From assembly GCA_964543385.1 (NCBI GenBank), contig CAZIYE010000001.1:180001-212000 (forward strand): a DNA stretch of 32,000 bases, read 5' to 3'. Shown in pieces: positions 7,886-16,666 of this stretch. This DNA is from an uncultured Candidatus Saccharibacteria bacterium (lineage in GTDB: Bacteria; Patescibacteriota; UBA1384; XYA2-FULL-43-10; 1-14-0-10-43-13). Each line of letters begins with the position of its first letter. Within the stretch, counting starts at the first letter, position 1. The notes beneath the pieces are model-generated. The model was not told the origin of the DNA and did not search any database. It was given only the letters and a program-made list of their open reading frames with translations. The translations under genes and the position numbers were made by a program.

Positions 7886-8059
7886 CCTTGTTTCTGGAAG
7901 TAAGCCCCTTGATTACCCTTATAGAACTCTTTGGTATCTTATAATAATTTGACAACGCATCTATTACTTCTAAACTGGCTTCACCTCGAAAAGGTTTTCC
8001 CTTAACCCAAACCTTCAAACTACCATCATTATTCTTATCGACTTTAGCTATTTTTGCAT
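7410..8059. repeat. 650-bp exact direct repeat, copy B
   Basis: Identical to 6598-7247. Confidence 0.97.
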
Positions 8060-8087
8060 TTGGGATTACTCGAATATCTATTTTCAT
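7872..8087 (-). CDS. DUF167 (YggU)-family protein
   Basis: MKIDIRVIPNAK...DGSLKVWVKGKPFRGEASLEVIDALSNYYKIPKSSIRVIKGLTSRNKVVEV. Confidence 0.85.
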   Translation of the reverse strand: MKIDIRVIPNAKIAKVDKNNDGSLKVWVKGKPFRGEASLEVIDALSNYYKIPKSSIRVIKGLTSRNKVVEV

Positions 8088-8088
8088 A

Positions 8089-8544
8089 TTAGACTGCCTG
8101 TTTTATTTTTGCCTGTTCATCCAGCGCTTCATTCACGAGCCTATCAGCATCGGTATTTTCTTCTCTAGGAATATGGACAAACGAAATATTTAAGTGCATT
8201 TGATCAATCATCAACTTGATTTCGGCTACAAAAGCTTTGAGACGATCTTCTTTGATTTTCCAATTACCATTAATCTGTTCCACGACCAGCTTTGAGTCTA
8301 GTCGACAAATTACCTTTTTATCGGCGATATTATTTTCCTCGAACCATTTACTCTTGACCAATATTTCAAGCGCTTTAACTATTGCTTTGTATTCAGCCTC
8401 ATTGTTCGTCCCTTCACCGACATACTGTTTATATTCATGAATTATCCCGCCATTAGCATCGCTAAAAACAACACCTATGCCTGCAGGCCCGGGATTTCCT
8501 CGTGAACCACCATCCGTATTTATATACAATTTATCCATTTGCAA
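8089..8544 (-). CDS. Ribonuclease HI family protein
   Basis: YINTDGGSRGNPGPAGIGVV, NNEAEYKAIVKALE, RLDSKLVVEQINGNWKIK, HIPREENTDADRLVNEALD. Confidence 0.93.
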   Translation of the reverse strand: MQMDKLYINTDGGSRGNPGPAGIGVVFSDANGGIIHEYKQYVGEGTNNEAEYKAIVKALEILVKSKWFEENNIADKKVICRLDSKLVVEQINGNWKIKEDRLKAFVAEIKLMIDQMHLNISFVHIPREENTDADRLVNEALDEQAKIKQAV

Positions 8545-8593
8545 ATTTATTCATTTTAAAATTAAATAACAAAATGTAAAAATTAAAAAATGT

Positions 8594-9583
8594 TTATATC
8601 CCTAACCCAACTTTTTCATAAACGTCCCTAATTGTTCTTTGAGCAAGTGGGGCAATCTTCAGACTACCATCAGCTAGTATCTTTTCCAAAGAAGATTTAT
8701 CTTCTATGAGTTTGACATATTCGTCTTGAATTGGTTTTAGATATTCTATAATAACTTCAGCAAGAGACTGCTTGAAATCACCATATCCCTTACCAACAAA
8801 ATCATTTTCTATTTCCGATATATTTTTTCCGCTCACCTCAGAATAGATATTTAGAAGATTCACAAGAGCTAGCTTGTCTGACGCATATTTGATCTCTGCA
8901 CCAGAGTCTGTGACTGCTTTTTTGATTTTATTTAAGACTGTGTCTGGATTATCATTCAAAGCAATATAATTTAGTGGCGAACTAGCCGACTTGCTCATTT
9001 TTTTGCTGGGATTATCTAGCCCCATTATTCTGGCAGTTTCCTTCTTGATAATGGCTTCCGGCAGAGTAAAAGTATCGCCAAAACGACTGTTGAATTTCTG
9101 GGCCAAATCACGAGTAAATTCGACATGCTGTTTTTGATCATCACCAACAGGCACAAAATTAGCATTGTAAAGCAATATATCCGAAGCCATCAAAACGGGA
9201 TAATCAAAGAGTCCTACCCCCGTAGTGTCTATATCTCCGCTTGCCGACTTATCTTTAAATTGTGTCATTCGGTAGAGCTCGCCCATTTTTGCCTGACAAT
9301 TTAGAACCCAAGATAACTCTGCATGTTCTGGTCTCATGGATTGAACGAATATGACTGATTTCTTTGGATCTACGCCAGCAGCAATGTACCAAGCAGCAGC
9401 AGAAAGAATATTCTCTTTCAATTCCACCGGATTCTGATAGACAGTAATAGCATGCAAATCAACAATACAATAGATTGCCTCATCAACTCTGTGTTGGAGC
9501 TCAACCCACTGCTTCATAGCACCAAGATAATTACCAATATGTAAAACTCCGCTAGGTTGTATGCCAGAAAAAATACGTTTCAT
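8594..9583 (-). CDS. trpS: Tryptophanyl-tRNA synthetase
   Basis: SGVLHIGNYLGAMKQW, PVGDDQKQHVEFTRDLAQKFN, KKMSKSASS. Confidence 0.97.
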   Translation of the reverse strand: MKRIFSGIQPSGVLHIGNYLGAMKQWVELQHRVDEAIYCIVDLHAITVYQNPVELKENILSAAAWYIAAGVDPKKSVIFVQSMRPEHAELSWVLNCQAKMGELYRMTQFKDKSASGDIDTTGVGLFDYPVLMASDILLYNANFVPVGDDQKQHVEFTRDLAQKFNSRFGDTFTLPEAIIKKETARIMGLDNPSKKMSKSASSPLNYIALNDNPDTVLNKIKKAVTDSGAEIKYASDKLALVNLLNIYSEVSGKNISEIENDFVGKGYGDFKQSLAEVIIEYLKPIQDEYVKLIEDKSSLEKILADGSLKIAPLAQRTIRDVYEKVGLGI

Positions 9584-9666
9584 TTAAGAATATTAGTTTT
9601 AATAAATAGTCTAGTAAAGCATAACACAAAAAAATATCTCGTTAAAGGACAATTTGGCCTATTATT

Positions 9667-10500
9667 TTAGTGATTATAGTTTCTAGAAGCTACTGTGGTT
9701 GTTATTATTGAAGTGGCATGTTCTTTTGGACTCTCTGTGGGTAGCCCCATTTCAGATATTATTCTAAACCTAAAAAATATCTGTTTGTTTTTCACATCAC
9801 CTTTTTGCGGTGCATAGTATTGAAGACTCAAAAGTATTGTCTTCATTTCAGGACTATAGTTGGCACCAGAATAATTCCAAGTATCTAGACTACCAGCCAA
9901 TAAACCATCGGTATGAACATTGTTACTTTTGGCAACTACTTGATCCAATCTACTTAATGTAGTTCCATCTGCTTCTCGAAATCTGCCATTATCCATAGTG
10001 CTAGGGTCATATTCATGATAATAGATTGCTTGTGCTCTGCTTCGGTAGGAAATATAGACTTTTATTTTGTTTTCACTTTTGACGACAATCGTATTTACTG
10101 GTTTTGTCGCAACAAGAGGCACCACACCAATTGCAGTGTTATAATCCGCATTTGATCCGTTTGTTGACTCCGTCAATGCACTGCAAGAGGTCTCAGTACA
10201 ACCGAAGAGAGCCAAACCGCTATCGTACTCTACTGTTTTCGGTGTCCCTGTCGCAGTATCATTATATTGTATGGAAAATTCTCCATTTGCTTCTCGGACA
10301 TCTCTGGTAACCATATCTGCCAATTTCCGTGATTCTTCGGATGTTTGTCTGATTGCCCGAATTTTTGATTGGTAGCCAACGCTCTGGCCCACTACCCCCG
10401 TAGTTATGACCATAACAACAGCAAAAATCATAGTTCCTATGAGGATTTCTACGAGAGTAAAACCAGATACTTTTTTAATTTTTATTGTATTATTCATCAT
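9667..10500 (-). CDS. Prepilin-type N-terminal methylation domain protein (minor pilin/PulJ-like)
   Basis: KKVSG|FTLVEILIGTMIFAVVMV. Confidence 0.85.
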   Translation of the reverse strand: MMNNTIKIKKVSGFTLVEILIGTMIFAVVMVITTGVVGQSVGYQSKIRAIRQTSEESRKLADMVTRDVREANGEFSIQYNDTATGTPKTVEYDSGLALFGCTETSCSALTESTNGSNADYNTAIGVVPLVATKPVNTIVVKSENKIKVYISYRSRAQAIYYHEYDPSTMDNGRFREADGTTLSRLDQVVAKSNNVHTDGLLAGSLDTWNYSGANYSPEMKTILLSLQYYAPQKGDVKNKQIFFRFRIISEMGLPTESPKEHATSIITTTVASRNYNH

Positions 10501-10523
10501 TATTTATTTCTTACTTCTTGCCC

Positions 10524-11099
10524 CTAATAATTCATCCGCCAATTTGTTATTATCTCGGAAACAGATATATTTTTATTTATGCCGTTAGATAGCCAATCAA
10601 CATTCACAGTTACTCTTACCACACTTTGATTCTTAGCAGTGCTATTGAAGTCTCCTTTTAAAGGAACCATGCTATCCGTACTTAGCACCCGCGTAAAGAT
10701 AATAGTGCGCTTGAACTCTGTTCCATCTATATTTATGATACTGTTGCTCTCATCTACTGCCCGACTAGCAACATCAAAATTAGACAACGCACCGTCATAA
10801 GAAACCACCCATCTCTTTGTATTGTCAGCTGTATACTCGACTCCATAGTCAATGAATTCTTGAAATGTAGTGCCGGCATCATCATCAAGCCAGTTGCTAT
10901 CCCGTATTTGACGTACCTGCTCAATACCCTCCTGTGCTATATACATCGCCTGGGCACGTTCATGTAAATAAATTGCTCCTCTTAAAGCGCTTCTGCCTGC
11001 GGCGGTCATGGCAAAGATAACCACCATCATTATTACTGATGCGATCATAACTTCCACAATGCCAAAACCATTTTTTATCTTATTATTCAAAATCATCAA
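10524..11099 (-). CDS. Prepilin-like protein (PilV/PulI-like)
   Basis: KIKNG|FGIVEVMIASVIMMVVIFAM; followed by FREQ-like conserved AMYIAQEGIEQVRQIRDSNW. Confidence 0.85.
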   Translation of the reverse strand: MMILNNKIKNGFGIVEVMIASVIMMVVIFAMTAAGRSALRGAIYLHERAQAMYIAQEGIEQVRQIRDSNWLDDDAGTTFQEFIDYGVEYTADNTKRWVVSYDGALSNFDVASRAVDESNSIINIDGTEFKRTIIFTRVLSTDSMVPLKGDFNSTAKNQSVVRVTVNVDWLSNGINKNISVSEIITNWRMNY

Positions 11100-11632
11100 T
11101 CTTTAAGCATATAACTGACAGAAAAAGGCTGGCTAATTGTATATGCAATCGTTTGCTTACCATTTATATTGCTATCAAAAACACTAATAGAAGTCGAATT
11201 GCAATTTTGACTAGGGTCAGAAGAACAGGATATATATGAATCAACGGGATCGCCAGTCACCGGATCAGTGGCCGATTGAACAATCTGGCCATCTAATAGT
11301 TTGACTTTTCTTATCTCAGTCCAGTCTGTAGTAGCAGGACCACACCGAAAATTAGCTTGCATATTAGTTTTACACTTTTTTAGAATAAATTCGTCTGGTG
11401 TAGGCGTCTTATCAGCAAATAGCTCATAGGATAAAGCATCATTTTCCGGATTCCTGGAGAGTAGATATGCCTGATCGATAAGCTGCTTTATCTCATCGGC
11501 CTTCTGGCTTAGAGCTTGCTTTTTCCCGTAATTCATAAAAGCAGGGATGGCCATCACTGCTAGAATAGCAATAATTATAAGTATCACCACAAGTTCTATC
11601 AGCGTATAGGCTTTTTGTTTTTTTAAAACCAT
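11096..11632 (-). CDS. Prepilin-like protein
   Basis: KKQKA|YTLIELVVILIIIAILAVMAIPAF; 4-nt overlap (ATGA) with 10524-11099. Confidence 0.85.
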   Translation of the reverse strand: MVLKKQKAYTLIELVVILIIIAILAVMAIPAFMNYGKKQALSQKADEIKQLIDQAYLLSRNPENDALSYELFADKTPTPDEFILKKCKTNMQANFRCGPATTDWTEIRKVKLLDGQIVQSATDPVTGDPVDSYISCSSDPSQNCNSTSISVFDSNINGKQTIAYTISQPFSVSYMLKD

Positions 11633-11653
11633 CTTTATCTATTCCAAAAAATA

Positions 11654-12271
11654 TTATTTTATTATTTTTGCAAACTGATAGTCAGCCATCACTGTTGTAA
11701 AATCTGCGCAACCAGTGCAGGAAGAGAGGGCATTTCCAGCAGCAGTCCTATCATTATCCCCGCCATACTTTGGTTTCTCAAGTTTTGCATAAATAGTACC
11801 AAGACCAGAACCAAAGTTATAGTAAACGTAATCCTGACATTCGGCTAAGCTATTTGTTGGGGTACAGGTATCAGCATCATGTTTCGGATCCTCCATTTTT
11901 CCATCCAGATAGCCACGATCAGTCAGATATTGGACTATTGACTTCTTAGTGCCGGCAACATCATAATCCGTGCTAACAAAGCCTTCCCCTGCTGAATTGC
12001 CCACATCGGCCGAAGGAAGTGAAAAAGTTTTGTTATCCACTTTATACATCGTCATGGCTGTTACAAAAGTATTAACATCACTTTTTCTCTTTGTGTCTCT
12101 AGAGCCAGCTTGAGCACCATTATAAGATACAACTCCGATTGTTATTAATATCGCCAAAATAATCACGACGATGATCAATTCAACCATTGTAAATGCTTTT
12201 TTATATTTCATAGCTACCTCCTTATAAAGAAATAAATAAATTTGAATACCACTTAATGACCTCAAATCCAT
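11654..12271 (-). CDS. Prepilin-like protein (likely true start at 12211, MKYKKAFTMVEL)
   Basis: KKA|FTMVELIIVVIILAILITIGVVSYNG. Confidence 0.87.
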   Translation of the reverse strand: MDLRSLSGIQIYLFLYKEVAMKYKKAFTMVELIIVVIILAILITIGVVSYNGAQAGSRDTKRKSDVNTFVTAMTMYKVDNKTFSLPSADVGNSAGEGFVSTDYDVAGTKKSIVQYLTDRGYLDGKMEDPKHDADTCTPTNSLAECQDYVYYNFGSGLGTIYAKLEKPKYGGDNDRTAAGNALSSCTGCADFTTVMADYQFAKIIK

Positions 12272-13001
12272 AGATCATAGCAAAAAGTATACCCATGATC
12301 AGGAAAGGGGCAAATGGTAAAGCCATTTTTAAAGATTTACGATCAATTGATTTATTTCGCAGTAGAATCATAGCTATTCCCACTATAGATCCAAAGACAA
12401 AAGCGCTAAAAAGCGCCACTAGAACATTTGGATATCCAACAAGGAGCCCCATAATCACCCCTATTTTGATATCTCCTGCGCCCATCCACCTCTCTTTTGA
12501 AAAATATACTAAAGCGCCCAGAAATCCACCGGCAAGCACAGCGCCAATAATTGCGCTAAAAAAAGTAAATTCTCCAAAATACCATCCCAATACCAAGGAT
12601 AAAATCAAAGCAATCCAGACAAATATTTCAGGAACAGTCTGTGTCTCTATATCATAGACGAAGACAACAATCAGCAAGGAAAAAACAATAAGATAAAAAG
12701 CCAAGCCCCAAGTCAAACCAAATACCAAAAATAGAACAAGGAAAAGAAGACCTGTCCCTATTTCAACCAGTGGATACTGCCAAGATATCTTCCCACCACA
12801 ATATCTACATCTTGCGCGAAGTAGAACAAAAGACAGAAATGGAATTAAATCATACCATGCCAAAATTTTCTTACACTTCGGACAGTGAGAACGATCGTAT
12901 AAGACAGTAGAAAGCTCATCTATACGTAAAATGATTACATTTAAAAAACTGCCTATTGCTAGGCCGAGAAGAAAAAAAATAATTAAATAAACTGACACCA
13001 T
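12222..13001 (-). CDS. pilD: Prepilin peptidase (A24 family)
   Basis: GSFLNVIILR, CPKCKKILAWYDLIPFLSF...CRYCGGKISWQYPLVE, and GAGDIKIGVIMGL aspartyl motif. Confidence 0.95.
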   Translation of the reverse strand: MVSVYLIIFFLLGLAIGSFLNVIILRIDELSTVLYDRSHCPKCKKILAWYDLIPFLSFVLLRARCRYCGGKISWQYPLVEIGTGLLFLVLFLVFGLTWGLAFYLIVFSLLIVVFVYDIETQTVPEIFVWIALILSLVLGWYFGEFTFFSAIIGAVLAGGFLGALVYFSKERWMGAGDIKIGVIMGLLVGYPNVLVALFSAFVFGSIVGIAMILLRNKSIDRKSLKMALPFAPFLIMGILFAMIYGFEVIKWYSNLFISL

Positions 13002-13045
13002 ATTCGAACCTAATGTTTATTATTTACTGCTTTTTGTGACAGGCA

Positions 13046-13091
13046 TAGTTTCTTATAGCTCTGCAGATTCTGCAGAGCGTATAAGAAACTA
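13046..13091. repeat. Long near-perfect intercistronic hairpin
   Basis: TAGTTTCTTATAGCTCTGCAG (13046-13066)-ATT-CTGCAGAGC-G-TATAAGAAACTA (13070-13091); 21-bp stem with one bulged base. Confidence 0.9.
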
Positions 13092-13547
13092 GTCGTTCTG
13101 AACCCAATAGTTATAACCAGATGGCAAAGTCCCTGCCGTTGGATTTCCAGTTTTGATCTCTGAATCCTTCGTATTCTCCAAAGCTGCAAAAAGCGCAAAG
13201 TCTGACCCAGTGTCAGTAGTAATATACTGATACTGATTAGTGCCTTTTGGATCAGTGGGTATTGTCTTGATATAAGGGTCAGTACCAGTATTGAGCCATG
13301 TAAGATCAGTCACTGGAACTGCAACTGCCTCGATAGCATACTTTTCTGGATCCTTTACAGTATCTATCTTGTCAGAATAGGAAGTAATAATTGCAGTCTT
13401 TAGCTGCTGAAGATCATTCTTCCTCTGCGCATCTCGTGCCTTTGCTCTGGCGCCTTGTAAACCCACCATCACCATAGCAGCCAAGATACCAATAACAGCG
13501 ATGACTACCAATAATTCTATCAGAGTAAAGGCTTTTCTTTTTAACAT
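13089..13547 (-). CDS. Prepilin-like protein (PulG-like)
   Basis: MLKRKA|[47 protein letters not shown]. Confidence 0.9.
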   Translation of the reverse strand: MLKRKAFTLIELLVVIAVIGILAAMVMVGLQGARAKARDAQRKNDLQQLKTAIITSYSDKIDTVKDPEKYAIEAVAVPVTDLTWLNTGTDPYIKTIPTDPKGTNQYQYITTDTGSDFALFAALENTKDSEIKTGNPTAGTLPSGYNYWVQND

Positions 13548-13567
13548 AGCAATCCTTTCACACTAAT

Positions 13568-14080
13568 TTAGTAACCAGTTCCATACTTAGTACAACCAGT
13601 TAATCTACACAATACCGCAGGATCAGTTGTGGCCGGTGTTCCAACAGTAGCTGGATTTGCAGCAGAAATGAGAATTGTGCTTGGAGCTGTAATCGCATTT
13701 GTAGTAGAAGTTGGAAAAGTTGGCGTACCAGGAGTTGGTTTAGCATCAGCTGCTAAATAATTATAGTATCTCCAATTGCCACCAAAACTTGTCATCACCG
13801 GCCAATTACCAGTTACAGCATCAGTTGTAGTACATATCTGTGCACCTGGAAGAGCTGCTGCATCCGCACGAGTAACCACACTTTCTCCATTTGCTACACA
13901 AACATTTGCACCCTTAATTGCTTCGGACAAACTTACAAAAGCTGAATTGTTTCTAGCTTTACCTGTCTGGCTTGTATAGCCCACGACAGTTACAGCAGCC
14001 AAGATACCGATAATAACGATAACGATGATCAACTCTACGAGCGTAAAACCTTTTGATTTCTTTAACATTTTTCCCTCCAT
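13568..14080 (-). CDS. Prepilin-like protein
   Basis: MLKKSKG|FTLVELIIVIVIIGILAAVTVVGYTSQTGKARNNS. Confidence 0.9.
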   Translation of the reverse strand: MEGKMLKKSKGFTLVELIIVIVIIGILAAVTVVGYTSQTGKARNNSAFVSLSEAIKGANVCVANGESVVTRADAAALPGAQICTTTDAVTGNWPVMTSFGGNWRYYNYLAADAKPTPGTPTFPTSTTNAITAPSTILISAANPATVGTPATTDPAVLCRLTGCTKYGTGY

Positions 14081-14116
14081 TTTGATATTATTTTATATTT
14101 TCAAATATAATAGCTT

Positions 14117-14150
14117 AATTTGGCTTCGATCGACCGAACGAAGACAAATT
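14117..14150. repeat. Hairpin between pilC stop and the next prepilin gene
   Basis: AATTTGGCTTCG / ATCGACCGAA / CGAAGACAAATT, 11 of 12 positions paired. Confidence 0.6.
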
Positions 14151-14163
14151 GGCTATTTTCGGT

Positions 14164-15369
14164 TTATCCACCTGCCGTTTGATTTATCTGATATATTGGC
14201 AGATAAATTGCAAATACCATAAAGGCAACTGCCAGACCCACTATAACAAGGACTGCTGGCTCGACCAATGAACTTATGGTTTTTGTAATATTTGTAGTGC
14301 TCTCTTCATAATATTCAGAAACTTTACCCAAAACCTTGTCTATCTCGCCAGTTTCTTCACCTACTGCTACCATCTGACCGATGAGTGGAGGGAAAAAGGG
14401 ATCTTTTAATAATTCTACTGAAAGAGGAACGCCTTTTTCTACCTGAGTTGATATATAAGACAAACTATCCTCGTATATCACGTTATCGATCACACTGCCA
14501 CCAATTCTCAATGCATCGAGTAGCGGTACGCCAGCGCCTATAAGCATGGACATGATCCTAGTGAAACGATACATATACATACCCTCATAAATATCCTTTA
14601 ATCCCGGAAGAGTAATCTGTAAATTATGGAATACCCTAGAGCCAGCATCTGTTTTTATCCAGTTCATGATAAAGAATACCCCCCCACCAAAGACAAGTAG
14701 CACCAACCACCACCAAGCTTGCAAAAAGTCAGACGCACCCAACAATATCTTGGTGATAATTGGTAGATCAGATCCAGCGGAATCAAACATTGATTTCAAT
14801 TTAGGCACCACAAATGCAAGCATCGCTATACCAGCAATTATAAGAACGCCGAAAATAAAGATAGGATAGTATAGGGCACCTTTTACCTTAGAGATAAATC
14901 CGCTATCTTTCTCAAGCTGATTAGAAAGCTCTAATAATACAACATCTAATTTGCCAGTACTCTCGCCGGAATTCACTACAGAAACAAATACTCGATCAAA
15001 CGCCTCTGGATGTTTAGCGAGTGCAGAAGAAAAACTGTAGCCCTCTTCTAGATCTTTATATATACTCAGGAATATTTCTTTCTGATGAGCAGTCTTGGAT
15101 TGACCTGCTAAGAGGCTTATTGCCTTTGTTAGGGCTAAACCAGACGAAAGCATTGTGGCTAATTGGCGCGTAAAAACTGCCTTGTCTCTAACAGAAACTT
15201 TGGGAACCAAAAAACTAGCAAAAGCCATCTGCCCTTCAGCAATGATTTCGGTAGGTACCAATGTATGCTGAACCAAAACCTTCTCAGCTTCTGTCTGGCT
15301 GACAGCTCTGACTGTACCGGTAACCAGTTGACCTTTATTATTTTTTGCTTTGTATAGAAACCTTGGCAT
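14164..15369 (-). CDS. pilC: Type II secretion F-family inner membrane protein PilC
   Basis: MPRFLYKAKNNKGQLVTGTV, FTRQLATMLSSGLAL, GEETGEIDKVLGKVSEYYEE, LEPAVLVIVGLAVAFMVFAIYLPIYQI. Confidence 0.96.
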   Translation of the reverse strand: MPRFLYKAKNNKGQLVTGTVRAVSQTEAEKVLVQHTLVPTEIIAEGQMAFASFLVPKVSVRDKAVFTRQLATMLSSGLALTKAISLLAGQSKTAHQKEIFLSIYKDLEEGYSFSSALAKHPEAFDRVFVSVVNSGESTGKLDVVLLELSNQLEKDSGFISKVKGALYYPIFIFGVLIIAGIAMLAFVVPKLKSMFDSAGSDLPIITKILLGASDFLQAWWWLVLLVFGGGVFFIMNWIKTDAGSRVFHNLQITLPGLKDIYEGMYMYRFTRIMSMLIGAGVPLLDALRIGGSVIDNVIYEDSLSYISTQVEKGVPLSVELLKDPFFPPLIGQMVAVGEETGEIDKVLGKVSEYYEESTTNITKTISSLVEPAVLVIVGLAVAFMVFAIYLPIYQINQTAGG

Positions 15370-15506
15370 TAACCCCTCACAATTACAAACCTGTTATTTT
15401 ATATTGTATAGCAACTTATATTTAAAATAAATACTTTCTTTAAGATAGCTGCCTACTGTCGACCTACTAAAGACCCTTTTTTTATTTACTCATGTCTTTT
15501 GTCAAA

Positions 15507-16574
15507 TTAATATACCATCATCTTAAAACTCTTAGGATCCAGAGAGTAATTAAGGGCGTCTTCCAGGGTAATATCCCCCCTAGAGACATATTCTGCCAAA
15601 ACTTTATCGAGACTAATCATACCTTCAGCAGCAGATGTTTGAATAATATTTGGTATCTGATAATTCTTTCCTTCTCTAATAAGACTCTTTACTGCTGAAT
15701 TAGCTACCATTATTTCAGCTGCTAATACCCTTCCACCACCAATTTTAGGAATAAGGCGTTGTGAAACAACTCCAAGCAAGCAAGATGCAAACTGACTTTG
15801 AATTTGCTGCTGCAAGTGTGGCGGGAAAACATTAACTATACGATCAGCAGTCTGCGCAGTCGAATTCGTATGCAGAGTGGTAAAAACGAGATGCCCTGTC
15901 TCAGCCAAGGTAAGCGCAGCTTCAATTGTTTCGAGGTCTCGCATCTCACCTACCAAAACAACATCCGGATCTTCTCTTAAAGCCGATCTCAAAGCCCTAG
16001 AAAAAGAATTAGTATCTGATCCTACCTCTCTTTGAGATATTACGCTCTTCTTGTGATCAAAAACATACTCTATAGGATCCTCGATAGTGACTATGTGCTT
16101 GCTTTTTTCGCTATTTATCTTATCAATCAAGGCCGCTAATGTAGACGATTTACCAGAACCAGTAGGTCCGGTGATAATAACAAAACCTTGGCTTGGCTCA
16201 GTGAATTTTTCAAGGATCGGTGGTAATCCTAGGTCTTTGAAACTTCTTATATCTTTAGGAATAAGACGCAATGATGCAGATAATGTGCCCTTTTGATAAT
16301 AAACATTTGCTCTAAAACGCATATTTTGATAGCCAAAAGAGAAATCTGCCTCTCTTTTTTGCTTTAGGGTCAACAAAAGTTCAGCGGGGGTAAAGATAGC
16401 AATTAATTCCTTTGCTTTTTGTTCTGTGATTATTGCAGCATCAGGTATTGGCAACAATTTGCCATCAATTCTAACCATTGCCGGTATACCCACATTTATA
16501 TGAATATCAGATGCATTCTTTGACACAGCAAAGTTAAGATAAGAAGCAACTTCCGAATTCTTTTTTTCTGTCAT
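15507..16574 (-). CDS. pilT: Type IV pilus retraction-type ATPase PilT
   Basis: SDIHINVG, Walker A GPTGSGKSSTLAALID, FSRALRSALREDPDVVLVGEMRDLETIEAALTLAETGHLVFTTLHTNS. Confidence 0.95.
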   Translation of the reverse strand: MTEKKNSEVASYLNFAVSKNASDIHINVGIPAMVRIDGKLLPIPDAAIITEQKAKELIAIFTPAELLLTLKQKREADFSFGYQNMRFRANVYYQKGTLSASLRLIPKDIRSFKDLGLPPILEKFTEPSQGFVIITGPTGSGKSSTLAALIDKINSEKSKHIVTIEDPIEYVFDHKKSVISQREVGSDTNSFSRALRSALREDPDVVLVGEMRDLETIEAALTLAETGHLVFTTLHTNSTAQTADRIVNVFPPHLQQQIQSQFASCLLGVVSQRLIPKIGGGRVLAAEIMVANSAVKSLIREGKNYQIPNIIQTSAAEGMISLDKVLAEYVSRGDITLEDALNYSLDPKSFKMMVY

Positions 16575-16631
16575 GCCCCTCCTAGGACGAATAACAATCC
16601 ATAAATAATCTTAACTTGGATCGATAATATC

Positions 16632-16661
16632 ATTATACTAGTAAAATATACAAACAAGCAA
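16632..16661 (-). promoter_or_regulatory. Candidate promoter upstream of pilT
   Basis: Minus strand TTGCTT (16661-16656), 18-nt spacer, TATAAT (16637-16632). Confidence 0.35.
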
Positions 16662-16666
16662 TCCGT

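Noticed and set aside
13010-13198. 62-aa minus strand ORF between pilD and the 13089-13547 prepilin gene
   Set aside because: It overlaps the prepilin coding region in another frame and its sequence is largely generated by the long hairpin at 13046-13091.
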